Virus record (IMG/VR): IMGVR_UViG_3300025876_000005
Location: 72,643-136,642 of that record
DNA: 64,000 nt
DNA from: a virus
Reading direction: 5' to 3' (one strand)
Position 1 is the stretch's first letter; every line of letters begins with the position of its first letter. A program made the translations under genes and the position numbers. The notes under the pieces were generated by a model that was not told the DNA's origin, did not search any database, and saw only the letters and a list, made by a program, of their open reading frames with translations. Shown piece after piece: positions 49,594 to 59,202 of the stretch.

Positions 49594-49815
49594 ATGAACA
49601 ACCATAAACTGACAAAGAAGTTGCAAGTACTTTTGACAGAGGATGAGGTTAATCAGGTCAATAGGATTATATTGAATGATGCATTAGAAAAGGAGGAAAG
49701 ACCAGTTTCTATCAGTGCGTTTATACGTGTATTAATCCAACAAGAACTGAGTAAACGTTCAGCCGAAGAAAAAACAACTATAAAAAGAGACCTTAAAAAC
49801 TTAAAAGATAAGTAA
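49594..49815 (+). CDS. Ribbon-helix-helix (CopG/Arc-like) DNA-binding protein
   Basis: KLQVLLTEDE...SISAFIRVLIQQEL; AAAC-N17-TATAA at 49564. Confidence 0.65.
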   Translation: MNNHKLTKKLQVLLTEDEVNQVNRIILNDALEKEERPVSISAFIRVLIQQELSKRSAEEKTTIKRDLKNLKDK

Positions 49816-49816
49816 C

Positions 49817-50818
49817 ATGAAAGACAACAACAATATGAATCAAGAAGATCTAGCAAAACAGTTAGATGCTAAAGACCAAGGTGTTAACACCAACGTGTAT
49901 CAAGATCAAAATGCAAATGCTGAGGTAGATGCTATGGAAGCTGCTGTAGAAAAACAGGGTTTAGGCTCTGTAAGCATGGCAAACTTTGGACCAGCCGTTC
50001 CTGAGAAATCAGATAATCTATTAGGCTGGCATGAATTACCATTAGACAGTTTACCATCTAGAGGTAGATTCTATCCAGAAGGAACAACTATCCAGATTAG
50101 ATCTGCAAAAGTAGCTGAGATTAGACACTTCTCAACAATGGATGAAAACAATCTACTAGATATTGATGAGAAGCTTAATGCAATCGTAGAATCTTGTACA
50201 AGAGTTACTAATGAAAAGTCTAGAACTTCATTTAAAGATTTATGTGAAGAAGATAGATTTATCTTAATCCTAGCAATCAGAGATTTAACATTCCCAGAAC
50301 CAGAAAACAGCCTCAAAGTTGACTGGTCTAATAGGAGAGGAACTAAACATGAGATTGAGATTAAGAGAGAATACTTTGAGTATTTCGATATTCCAGCTGA
50401 GCTTGAGAAATATTACAGCGCTGAACACAAAGCATTTATCATCAGAACTAAATCATATGGTGAAATTATGATGAGACCACCTTCAATTGGTGTAATGTCA
50501 GAAATCACAAAATACATTAAAGATCGTAGAGATAAAGAGCAAGAAATAGATCAGTCACTTCTACAAATTGCACCTTTCGTCGCTACAGATTGGAGAACAT
50601 TCAATCAGAAAAGACTTTGGGAGCTTGAAGTTGAAATGAACGGATGGGATAACAAGAAATATTTATTACTATATAAGTTGGCAGAGCAAATGAAAATAGG
50701 AATACAACCAGAGATGAAAGTCATGGTAGAGGACGAGGAGGCCTCTATTCCTATCAACTTTCGTGACGGCATCAAATCTCTTTTCATTGTTCAAGATCTC
50801 TCTCAAGAACTTCTTTAA
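49817..50818 (+). CDS. Baseplate hub / tail assembly protein (gp26-like)
   Basis: LPSRGRFYP, IRSAKVAE and DRF.L.L.IR motifs; lies upstream of the tape measure gene. Confidence 0.65.
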   Translation: MKDNNNMNQEDLAKQLDAKDQGVNTNVYQDQNANAEVDAMEAAVEKQGLGSVSMANFGPAVPEKSDNLLGWHELPLDSLPSRGRFYPEGTTIQIRSAKVAEIRHFSTMDENNLLDIDEKLNAIVESCTRVTNEKSRTSFKDLCEEDRFILILAIRDLTFPEPENSLKVDWSNRRGTKHEIEIKREYFEYFDIPAELEKYYSAEHKAFIIRTKSYGEIMMRPPSIGVMSEITKYIKDRRDKEQEIDQSLLQIAPFVATDWRTFNQKRLWELEVEMNGWDNKKYLLLYKLAEQMKIGIQPEMKVMVEDEEASIPINFRDGIKSLFIVQDLSQELL

Positions 50819-51035
50819 AGTTAGGTTTTATGTGTATAAACATCTCCATATACAGCCATCAGAGCTTAACGAGATGGAATACTATGAATACCATTACATT
50901 GTCAAAGATTTAATTGACGACTTAAAGAAAGAGAACGAGGCGAACAAGAGCCAAAACGAAGCAGCAAGCGGAGCTGCAAGCGGAATGAAGGTACCTAATA
51001 TCAAGGTACCTAATATCAAAGTTCCGAAAATGTAA
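50787..51035 (+). CDS. gp51-like hub assembly catalyst; start uncertain (TTG at 50787 or frameshift from the upstream gene)
   Basis: SLKNFFKVRFY..KHLHIQPSELNEMEYYE resembles T4-like gp51; there is no ATG upstream of this block. Confidence 0.55.
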   Translation: MFKISLKNFFKVRFYVYKHLHIQPSELNEMEYYEYHYIVKDLIDDLKKENEANKSQNEAASGAASGMKVPNIKVPNIKVPKM

Positions 51036-51043
51036 ACTAAAGA

Positions 51044-51074
51044 ATAAGGGGACCCTGCGTCTCCTTATTTTTTT
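51044..51074 (+). terminator. Intrinsic terminator
   Basis: AATAAGGGGAC / GTCTCCTTATT stem followed by a T-run. Confidence 0.7.
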
Positions 51075-51107
51075 GTGTGATATATACAATAAATTATAAT
51101 TTCCAGC

Positions 51108-51554
51108 ATGAAGAAGATTAAAGGCTATAACCGGTTCTTAAATGAGGCTATGATTAACGAGTTCGTAGACCCTATTACACTAGCATTTGCTATTGCAGGT
51201 ATAGGTATTGCTTTCGGTCCACAGATCAAAAATGCTTACATGAATAGAAAGATCTCAAAGGCCAATCTTAAAGAACTAGAAAAGCTTAAGAAGAAGGCAG
51301 AGGCTAAAGTTAAAAAGCTGGAAAGACAGGGTCTAGATCACCATGCAGCTGAAGCTCAAGAAAAAGTTGACCAGATTCAAGCTCAGATAGAAAGTCTAAT
51401 AGATAAGAGAGAAGCTGATGATCGAACTATATCTGACTTTGAGAAAGATTCAAGAACAAGAAAGGATCTAGAGCAAGAATTAGCATCTATGGACAACGAT
51501 GAGCTAGCTAAAATATTGCAAGCTGCTAAGAAAGAAGCTAAAAGATCTGTATAA
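51108..51554 (+). CDS. Protein with capsid-targeting-like N-terminus, one hydrophobic helix and a coiled coil
   Basis: MKKIKGYNRFLNE; ITLAFAIAGIGIAFG; GATATATA at 51079. Confidence 0.6.
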   Translation: MKKIKGYNRFLNEAMINEFVDPITLAFAIAGIGIAFGPQIKNAYMNRKISKANLKELEKLKKKAEAKVKKLERQGLDHHAAEAQEKVDQIQAQIESLIDKREADDRTISDFEKDSRTRKDLEQELASMDNDELAKILQAAKKEAKRSV

Positions 51555-51569
51555 TTTTTTAAACACTAG

Positions 51570-54500
51570 ATGGCAAAGCAAAATACTGATAAGATACTTA
51601 TTGGCCATGCAATAAACACTAATTCTTTACTATCGAAGATTGAGTATATTGCTGCTGAGACTAAGGAGTCAATGACTAGGATTGAGGAAATCTCAAAGAC
51701 TAGTCTTTCCGTTACTTCTGGTCTAGCCGCTAGTATAGCAGAAAATACAGCAGTACTTAAAGACATTAAAGACGTTCTTATGAAAAAGACCGTCGACGAA
51801 GGAGCCAAACTAAAGACTGGTATTACTATTGAAAAGATGCTAGGTCTTGGTGGCTTAATTGCAGTGGTCGGCTTTGGTGTATTCACATTATCACAGGCAT
51901 TCCAAGCAACGCGCGGTGTTTCTGTAAAAGACATAGCCATGGGTACTCTAATCATGGCAGGTTTAGTACCTATGATGAAAGCGATTGAGCCTTTATTAAA
52001 CGGTGAATCAGGTGACGGTCTTTTTCGATCGACACAGAAACTTTTAATTTTTACAGCAGGTATTATGGCCATGGTAACCATGGTGGTTGCAACATCATAT
52101 GCACTTGCAGGTATGGCTGCTCCAGATGGTTCTAAACTTTTAACATTTATAGCAATCTCTGCAGCACTCTATATACAAGGTCAAATTTTTATTCAATTAA
52201 TTAATGCATGGGAGTTCTCGGGTTTAATGAATAAGTTCTTGAATGCTAACAACACTAATGAGATCATGCAGGCAATGGTAGTTATGTCATTAAATACTAT
52301 CATTATTGCAGGAGCATTAAGTATGATGCCCGATGTTAGCCCTAAAACTGCAGCATCATTTGTAATTGCATCTGCAGCAATGATACCACTTGCTGGAGCA
52401 CTTTTTGTTGTTAGATTTGCGTTACCGATGTTAAATAAGATTGGCCCAAAACAGGTTGCTCTATTAGGGGCTACAATGGCCGCCATGGCACTTGCTTTAA
52501 TTCCAGTTGGATTAGCAGCACGTGCGCTTGCTGCGATTAATGTAACTGACGCTGACGTTGCCAAGGTTGAAGGTCTAATTAAAATATTAATTCCAATTGC
52601 TGCTCTTGTAGGGTTTATGACGGCACTCGCTAATTTAGGTAAAGAGTCCCTAATTAGTTTGAGAGGTCCAAAAGACGATAGTGTAAGTTTACTTAAGCAA
52701 GATAATTCAAGAAAGAGAAATCAAAAGATGGATCTTAAAGGAATTGGTATATTTGCACTAAAAGCAGTAACGTTTTTAGCAGCCGGTGGATTACTAGCCG
52801 TAGCATTCGCAAAAGCAGCGCCATATCTAGCACAGGGCATTTCAGCAATGAATGGATTAGACTATACTGGTCTGGTTAAATTTATTGCAGTTGCTGGTGT
52901 TGCAGTACTTCTCTTTGGAGTCGCGATAGGAATGGTAGTAAGTATGGTTAAAGGAAAAGAGACCTCAACGCCTGGATTAATGAATTTAACAGGCTCTGCA
53001 AAGTCGAAACCTGCAAAAATGAGTACGGCAGACATTATATTTGCTGGTTTAGTATTACCTATGATTATTGGCGGTATCGTGATAGCTGCACTAGGGTTTA
53101 AATTAATAAATGCAGTAGGAGTACCAGAAGTAAGTGGAAATCTTCTAGCATTTATAGCAGTCGCCGGACTTGGAGTACTAATATTTGGAACAGTGTTGGG
53201 TGTCGTTTCAAACCTGATGAAGGGAAAGGTAAGTAAGGGACTATTTAAGGGCGGAAGACCTGCAAAAATGAGTTATAAAGATGTTTTAGTCTCAGCACTC
53301 ATAATTCCAGCAATTGCACTGGGTATTGTAGCAACTGCCCTTGTATTTAAAGCACTTCCAGCTGGATTAACCGATAAAAATGCACCAGATCCTACGTGGT
53401 CTCTTACTGCTGGTTTATCAATCTTAGCGTTTGGAGTAACATTCGCATTAGTTACTAGGGCTCTTTCAAAAGCAAGGGTAGGTTTTAAAGACATTGCTAA
53501 GGGAACAGTTGCAATGGTTGGAATTGCAGTTTCAATTGTAGCAATTTCATACATATTTCAAGCCCTTGGAAATACGCGCACAGCACCGCCTGTTGACTGG
53601 GCATTAACTGTCAGTCTATCACTCCTAGCGTTTGGTATTGGATTTGCAATGATTACTAAAGCCCTGCAAGATAGAAAAATAGGATTTAAAGATATTGCTA
53701 AAGGTGCAGTTGCTGTCGTTGGAGTAGCAGCCGCAATAGTTGCGCTAGCGTTAGCTTTTTCATTCTTACCGGGTACATATAAAACACCACCTGTAGAATG
53801 GTCATTAAAGGCCGGTCTATCAATCCTAGCGTTTGGTATTGGATTTGCGATGATTACTAAAGCCCTTCAGAAAAGAAAAATAGGATTTAAAGATATTGCT
53901 AAAGGTGCAGTTGCTGTCGTTGGAGTAGCAGCGGCAATAGTTGCGACATCGTTAGCTTTTTCATTCTTACCGGGTATATATAAAACACCACCTGCAGAAT
54001 GGTCACTTAAAGCAGGTCTTTCAATACTTGCATTCGGAATTACATATGCTCTAGTTACTAAAGCTCTACAATCAAGAAGAGTTGGCTTTAAAGACATTGC
54101 TAAAGGAGGAGCTACGATGCTGGCTATTGCAGCATCAATCGTAGGTATTTCATTCATATTCGGTATGTTAGGCAATACTTGGAATGCACCACCACCTCTT
54201 TGGTCGTTGACTGCCGGTCTATCAATCCTAGCGTTTGGTATTACATATGCACTTGTGACTAAAGCTCTACAATCAAGAAGAGTTGGCTTTAAAGATATTG
54301 CTAAAGGAGGAGCTGCGATGTTGGCTATTGCAGCATCAATCGTAGGTATTTCATTCATATTCGGTATGTTAGGCAATACTTGGAATGCGCCTCCAGTAGA
54401 ATGGACACAAACAGCTGGTATTGCACTCTTAGCATTTGGAGCTCCGTTTGCAATACTTACCGTACTCTTTGCTAAATTTAGAGTTGGCTACAATGATATG

Positions 54501-55934
54501 TTTAAAGGTGCTCTGGCGACTATTCTAGTTGCAGTAACCATCAGTGCAGTATCTTGGATATTCTCATTCTTAGAAGGTACTTGGAGCGCGCCTCCGATCG
54601 AATGGTCTAAAAGTTCAGGTATAGCTATCTTAGTGTTTGGCGTCTCATTTGCAGTTCTGACCATGTTGTTTGACAAGATGGGAATTGGCTACGGCGGTAT
54701 GCTAAAAGGAGCAATCGGTATGGTTGTAGTTGCACTTGCAATAGTTGGTGTAGCATGGATATTTACATGGATGCCAGATAGTTTTAACAGTGCGCCACCA
54801 ATGGACTGGTCAATGGGAGTTGCACTTGCATTGGTATTATTTACAATACCAGTACTTATTATTGGCTTGATTGCAACAAGTGGTGTTGGAGCTCTTGGTA
54901 TTCTACTCGGTGTTGTAGGTATAATTGTAATCGCAGCAGGTATATTAGCCGTTGCCTGGATCTTAAGCGCTATGCCAGATTTAGGTGCTATCTCGAAAAA
55001 CTTTACAGATGCCTTGATGACACCGATCAATGCGATTATCGATGCATTCGCAAGAATTAAAAATGAGCTCGGTGTTGAAAATCTATTAAGTCTTGCAGTA
55101 GGCGTAGCAGCACTTGGTGTTGCCTGGTTAGTCTTCGTCGGAGCAACTGCAGGTGCAAGTGTTGCTGGAGGAGTAGGAAAATTAATCGGAGGCTTACTTG
55201 ATGGTATTGCAGGTCTATTTGGCGCTGATACCACATCACCTCTTGATATTCTAGAAAAACTAGCAGAAATCGCACCAAAATTAACAGAACTTGCAAGTCC
55301 CTTAATGGATATTTCAGGCGCATTTTTAAAGTTTACGGCTTTGTTCTCTGACGGAGCTGTAGAAAAAATAGGAAAACTATTTAATGCAGTGTTGGTCCCA
55401 ATGGATGTAAAAACACTTGCAATGCTTGGAGTTAATAGCATGAGTACATATTTAGACAAATTACAGGCCACGATGCGTCATGTTGCTGAATCGTATGGTA
55501 TGATTGCGATCGCCTCTAAAGGTATGAACGTTGAGGCAATTAGGGCATCTACTGATATGTTTAATGCACTTGCTTATCTTGCTAGTGTTGGTAAGGATAA
55601 TGCTCTTGCTCAACTTGGAGATAAGCTGATCTTAGCAGTTCAAGAATTAGCAAGTATGATTGCAGACTTTGAAGGTACTGTTGCTGAAGCTGGAGATACA
55701 AACAATCAGGCTTCATCTAACATCTCGAATGCTGCTTCTAAACTTGTGGATAAACTTTCAGGACTCGTTAGTAGTGGCATTATTTCTAAACCTGCACCTG
55801 CAACTGCAGCTCAAGCTGGTGGTGGCGGTGGAAATGCAAATACACAAGAGATCGACGTTAGTAGTATCGTTAGAGCGATCCAAGAGTTAGAAGATACTCT
55901 AACGGCACAAGGCATTAAGATCAAAGAAAGATAA
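51570..55934 (+). CDS. Tape measure protein
   Basis: 1454 aa, Ala/Gly/hydrophobic, helical repeats, follows hub/chaperone genes. Confidence 0.8.
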   Translation: MAKQNTDKILIGHAINTNSLLSKIEYIAAETKESMTRIEEISKTSLSVTSGLAASIAENTAVLKDIKDVLMKKTVDEGAKLKTGITIEKMLGLGGLIAVVGFGVFTLSQAFQATRGVSVKDIAMGTLIMAGLVPMMKAIEPLLNGESGDGLFRSTQKLLIFTAGIMAMVTMVVATSYALAGMAAPDGSKLLTFIAISAALYIQGQIFIQLINAWEFSGLMNKFLNANNTNEIMQAMVVMSLNTIIIAGALSMMPDVSPKTAASFVIASAAMIPLAGALFVVRFALPMLNKIGPKQVALLGATMAAMALALIPVGLAARALAAINVTDADVAKVEGLIKILIPIAALVGFMTALANLGKESLISLRGPKDDSVSLLKQDNSRKRNQKMDLKGIGIFALKAVTFLAAGGLLAVAFAKAAPYLAQGISAMNGLDYTGLVKFIAVAGVAVLLFGVAIGMVVSMVKGKETSTPGLMNLTGSAKSKPAKMSTADIIFAGLVLPMIIGGIVIAALGFKLINAVGVPEVSGNLLAFIAVAGLGVLIFGTVLGVVSNLMKGKVSKGLFKGGRPAKMSYKDVLVSALIIPAIALGIVATALVFKALPAGLTDKNAPDPTWSLTAGLSILAFGVTFALVTRALSKARVGFKDIAKGTVAMVGIAVSIVAISYIFQALGNTRTAPPVDWALTVSLSLLAFGIGFAMITKALQDRKIGFKDIAKGAVAVVGVAAAIVALALAFSFLPGTYKTPPVEWSLKAGLSILAFGIGFAMITKALQKRKIGFKDIAKGAVAVVGVAAAIVATSLAFSFLPGIYKTPPAEWSLKAGLSILAFGITYALVTKALQSRRVGFKDIAKGGATMLAIAASIVGISFIFGMLGNTWNAPPPLWSLTAGLSILAFGITYALVTKALQSRRVGFKDIAKGGAAMLAIAASIVGISFIFGMLGNTWNAPPVEWTQTAGIALLAFGAPFAILTVLFAKFRVGYNDMFKGALATILVAVTISAVSWIFSFLEGTWSAPPIEWSKSSGIAILVFGVSFAVLTMLFDKMGIGYGGMLKGAIGMVVVALAIVGVAWIFTWMPDSFNSAPPMDWSMGVALALVLFTIPVLIIGLIATSGVGALGILLGVVGIIVIAAGILAVAWILSAMPDLGAISKNFTDALMTPINAIIDAFARIKNELGVENLLSLAVGVAALGVAWLVFVGATAGASVAGGVGKLIGGLLDGIAGLFGADTTSPLDILEKLAEIAPKLTELASPLMDISGAFLKFTALFSDGAVEKIGKLFNAVLVPMDVKTLAMLGVNSMSTYLDKLQATMRHVAESYGMIAIASKGMNVEAIRASTDMFNALAYLASVGKDNALAQLGDKLILAVQELASMIADFEGTVAEAGDTNNQASSNISNAASKLVDKLSGLVSSGIISKPAPATAAQAGGGGGNANTQEIDVSSIVRAIQELEDTLTAQGIKIKER
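53382..54992 (+). repeat. About eight tandem 201-nt (67-aa) repeats in the tape measure gene
   Basis: xPPxxW units start at 53382, 53583, 53784, 53985, 54186, 54387, 54588 and 54792. Confidence 0.9.
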
Positions 55935-55975
55935 ACAATCTCTAAGTTGATTATATAAGTTGTAAAGACTTACAT

Positions 55976-56203
55976 ATGATAACGAGCACAATTTCACATT
56001 ACGATTCATCTACGGTCAAGTCAGCAGCTTACAATGTTGAGCATAAGACTCTAACTGTACATTTCAACCATGCGTCTTACTTTTATAAAGACGTTGAATT
56101 AGCAGACTGGAATCTTTTCAATATGGCAGACTCACAAGGCAGAGCCTTGAACGAGATTATTAAGCCTAACTATGAATTTGAGAAAATACAAGAGACTGTA
56201 TAA
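55976..56203 (+). CDS. KTSC domain protein
   Basis: SSTVKSAAYN....TLTVHF....Y.Y..V.......F..A.S.GR; AAAC-N17-TATAA at 55933. Confidence 0.85.
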   Translation: MITSTISHYDSSTVKSAAYNVEHKTLTVHFNHASYFYKDVELADWNLFNMADSQGRALNEIIKPNYEFEKIQETV

Positions 56204-57201
56204 TGGAACTAGGACCTAACAATAAGAATGTGCTGGTCAAGGTTTCTTGTCCAGCACTTGGTGATACATTATGTTCAACACCTACTATTAAAAAGGTAGC
56301 ACTTACATATGGCCATAAAGTTGATGTAATGACACACATGCCAGAGATCTTTAAGAATAGTCCTTATGTAGACAATATTATTCCTTATAATGAAGAATGG
56401 CCGGGTGAATATAAAGAGATCTTTGAGACATATAACCAGTGGCTGAAGACTAATTATGGGCTAGGTAGTGATAACTTCTATAATCAATCGATGGAAGTAA
56501 AGCTACATAACTTTGAAGCTCGTCAGTTACATGCAATGGGCGTCGGTATGTATTTGTATCCTGAAGAGTTAACATGTGAGTTTATTCCAGATCCAATTAC
56601 TGAAAGAGCTAGTAAGATAGACAAGAACTATCTAGTCTTTCACGTTACTGAGAATTGGCCTTCAAGAACATGGAATATTCAGAAGTGGCAGCGTATGGTT
56701 GACCTTGTAAAGAAACATACAGACTTTAAGATTGTAACTATTGGCATGAGCCATAAAGAGGCTACATTTAATGGTCATTTAGATAAGAAGACTATCAAGT
56801 TGGAAGGTATAGATCTAGATTACTGTGACTTAGATGGTAGTACTATTAGTGAACTTTGGCATATAATCAATAGCTCATATGGTTTAGTTACTTTTGATGC
56901 TGGTCCAATACATGTTGCAGGAACAACAGACTCAGAGATCTTTACAATAGGTTCTTCTATTCTCCCTAAAAAGTTTGCACCTTGGAGAAATTCAAGCCAA
57001 GATTATAAATTTCACTTTATTGGCGGTGAATGTAAAATCTTTTGTGCGTCAGAGCCAAAGTACTCAGTTAAAGAATGGGGTACTATCAACTCAATCCATT
57101 ATGTACCAGAATGTGCCGAAGGTTACCCTGAGTTTAAGTGTCAGCCATCGCCGGACCAAGTATTAATGAAAATATTAGAAGTTAAAAATGAATCAAGATA
57201 A
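56203..57201 (+). CDS. Glycosyltransferase family 9-like (GT-B)
   Basis: ALGDTLCSTP, RTWNIQKW and VTFDAGPIHVAG. Confidence 0.8.
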   Translation: MELGPNNKNVLVKVSCPALGDTLCSTPTIKKVALTYGHKVDVMTHMPEIFKNSPYVDNIIPYNEEWPGEYKEIFETYNQWLKTNYGLGSDNFYNQSMEVKLHNFEARQLHAMGVGMYLYPEELTCEFIPDPITERASKIDKNYLVFHVTENWPSRTWNIQKWQRMVDLVKKHTDFKIVTIGMSHKEATFNGHLDKKTIKLEGIDLDYCDLDGSTISELWHIINSSYGLVTFDAGPIHVAGTTDSEIFTIGSSILPKKFAPWRNSSQDYKFHFIGGECKIFCASEPKYSVKEWGTINSIHYVPECAEGYPEFKCQPSPDQVLMKILEVKNESR

Positions 57202-58372
57202 GAAATTTCTATTAGTAACATCATTCTATAATAACCCACAAGAACACTTTGAACTTACTGTTAAGAATGTACTTAATCAGACTTACCAGAATTGGGTTTT
57301 AATCATTGGCGATGACTTTAGTGCAGATCCAGAATACAGAACCTGGCTTAAGAATGAGATCTTAAAGGTCAATGACCCGAGAATTATGTACTATGATGTG
57401 AAGGAGAAGCGAGAACTCTATCTCTATCAGAACTTCTTTCAACACCTAGACTATGATTACTATTTTGATCTAGACTCGGATGATCTGATTGACCCTAATA
57501 TTCTACAGACGTATCACAACCACTTCGATGCATATCCAGATGCCATGAGTGTATTTAGTGATTCAACGATGACCAATGTTGAAGGTCAATTACAACAGTA
57601 CTTCTTTGTCAAGCCACCTAAAGATTATGTTGCTGAGTTTAACTATCGTTCTACTAATGATGTTAACCAGCTCTGGAAAGACAGATCTTCTTATAATATG
57701 TATGGCCATGCTAGATGTATGCGCAGACCAACCGAAAGTGCTATGCACATGAATAAGAATACTAGAACCTCAACGGACACTCTGTTTACATTCTATAATC
57801 TGACTCGAGGCAAACACCTACATATACCAAGAAGGATGTATACTTATGTACGCAGAGATGGTTCAGATTCAGGCCGGATGTCAGCTGAAGAATATGCTGA
57901 TTTTAACATGAACGCAAGTTACTATATTAACAAGTATGCTAACATGGAACCAACCGGCCACATTCCAGTCTACGACCATCTTTACAATTACACATCGGCC
58001 ATTTCAGCTTGTAAATTCTTAGACTCTGTGGATCGAGTAAGCCTTATTGCAGACATATCTGATGCAGACCAAGTGCTGATTAAGACAATTTACCACGACA
58101 AGACTATTCTCTTCAATGATTATAGCTGTCCAAATATAATTGTGCCCTGGAAAGAGTTAGCAGAAAGTAGCAGAGAACGACTTTTGGCAAACCTGAGCAC
58201 ATTTGATCGAGTTACAATATACAACCATGTTGAAGGTGAATTTGACAATATGGAAGATGCTAGCAACCATTTCAATGCAGATCACCAGAAAGTACTTGAT
58301 ACTATCAAGGGTAAGATGTTTGGCTATGGCTGGTGGTACTTCTTTAGACACATGACGGTTACAAAACAGTAA
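57188..58372 (+). CDS. Glycosyltransferase family 2-like (GT-A)
   Basis: TSFYN, VLNQTYQNW...DDFS and LDSDD. Confidence 0.8.
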   Translation: MNQDKKFLLVTSFYNNPQEHFELTVKNVLNQTYQNWVLIIGDDFSADPEYRTWLKNEILKVNDPRIMYYDVKEKRELYLYQNFFQHLDYDYYFDLDSDDLIDPNILQTYHNHFDAYPDAMSVFSDSTMTNVEGQLQQYFFVKPPKDYVAEFNYRSTNDVNQLWKDRSSYNMYGHARCMRRPTESAMHMNKNTRTSTDTLFTFYNLTRGKHLHIPRRMYTYVRRDGSDSGRMSAEEYADFNMNASYYINKYANMEPTGHIPVYDHLYNYTSAISACKFLDSVDRVSLIADISDADQVLIKTIYHDKTILFNDYSCPNIIVPWKELAESSRERLLANLSTFDRVTIYNHVEGEFDNMEDASNHFNADHQKVLDTIKGKMFGYGWWYFFRHMTVTKQ

Positions 58373-58416
58373 TTGTTAATAACTTTGTGCAAAAAAGTTG
58401 CCACAGGATTTTTTTA

Positions 58417-58447
58417 TGTCAATCTTTTTGTTTATATTTATACTGTA
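58417..58447 (+). promoter_or_regulatory. Host-type early promoter
   Basis: TGTCAA-N10-TATATTTA-T-ACTGTA. Confidence 0.7.
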
Positions 58448-58477
58448 ATTGAAAGTTAAACATAAACAAAAACAAAA

Positions 58478-58864
58478 ATGAAAAAAGTAACATCATTCAA
58501 CCGTCAAAACATCCGTCAAATCAACTCTGAACTTGAAGCAGTTATTAAGCAAGTGGCTGAAAAATACGGACTAGAAGTTAAACTTGGTAACACTCGCTTT
58601 ACTGGCGATAATTTTACCACTAAAGTTCAAGTAGCTACAGTTGCTGAAGGTGGCATCACAATGTCAAAAGAGGCTACTGATTTTAATCGCTACAAGACAA
58701 TCCTTGGGATTAACATGGACCTTGGACAAGAGTTCCAACGCAGCGGTAAAACATTTACTATCGTGGGTCTTAAACCACGTAGCAAAAAGTACCCAATCTT
58801 GGCTAAATGCTCTGACGGTAAGACATACAAACTTCCAGTTGATCTAGTAAACATGTACGCATAA
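58478..58864 (+). CDS. Hypothetical early protein
   Basis: 128-aa ORF after the early promoter. Confidence 0.65.
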   Translation: MKKVTSFNRQNIRQINSELEAVIKQVAEKYGLEVKLGNTRFTGDNFTTKVQVATVAEGGITMSKEATDFNRYKTILGINMDLGQEFQRSGKTFTIVGLKPRSKKYPILAKCSDGKTYKLPVDLVNMYA

Positions 58865-59202
58865 TGGAAGCACTAATCAAATTAACAGCAGATGAAGCCC
58901 GGTACGAAGCTACTGGGACTTCACTTAAAGGCTATCTAAAGAGAGGTATTAAATTTACTGACCTTTACAAAGTCTTAGGAGAACCAACCTTTAAACCAGA
59001 AGATTCTGGCGACGGTAAGATTCAATACGAATGGGTCCTTAAGTGGAACGGTAATATCTATACAATCTACGACTGGAAGACCTACAACCAAGACCACACT
59101 TTAACCGAGTATGACTACTGGCACGTTGGTGCTAAAGTTTACTCTGGTGACTTTGAAGACCTAATTGAGAACATGGTAAATAAGAACTTATGCCTGAACT
59201 AG
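58864..59202 (+). CDS. Hypothetical protein
   Basis: 112 aa; LGEPT...DGKIQYEW...YTIYDWK. Confidence 0.65.
   Translation: MEALIKLTADEARYEATGTSLKGYLKRGIKFTDLYKVLGEPTFKPEDSGDGKIQYEWVLKWNGNIYTIYDWKTYNQDHTLTEYDYWHVGAKVYSGDFEDLIENMVNKNLCLN

Noticed and set aside
53382-54992. Long regular repeats as a CRISPR array
   Set aside because: They are in-frame 201-nt coding repeats with no repeat-spacer structure, and no cas genes are seen.
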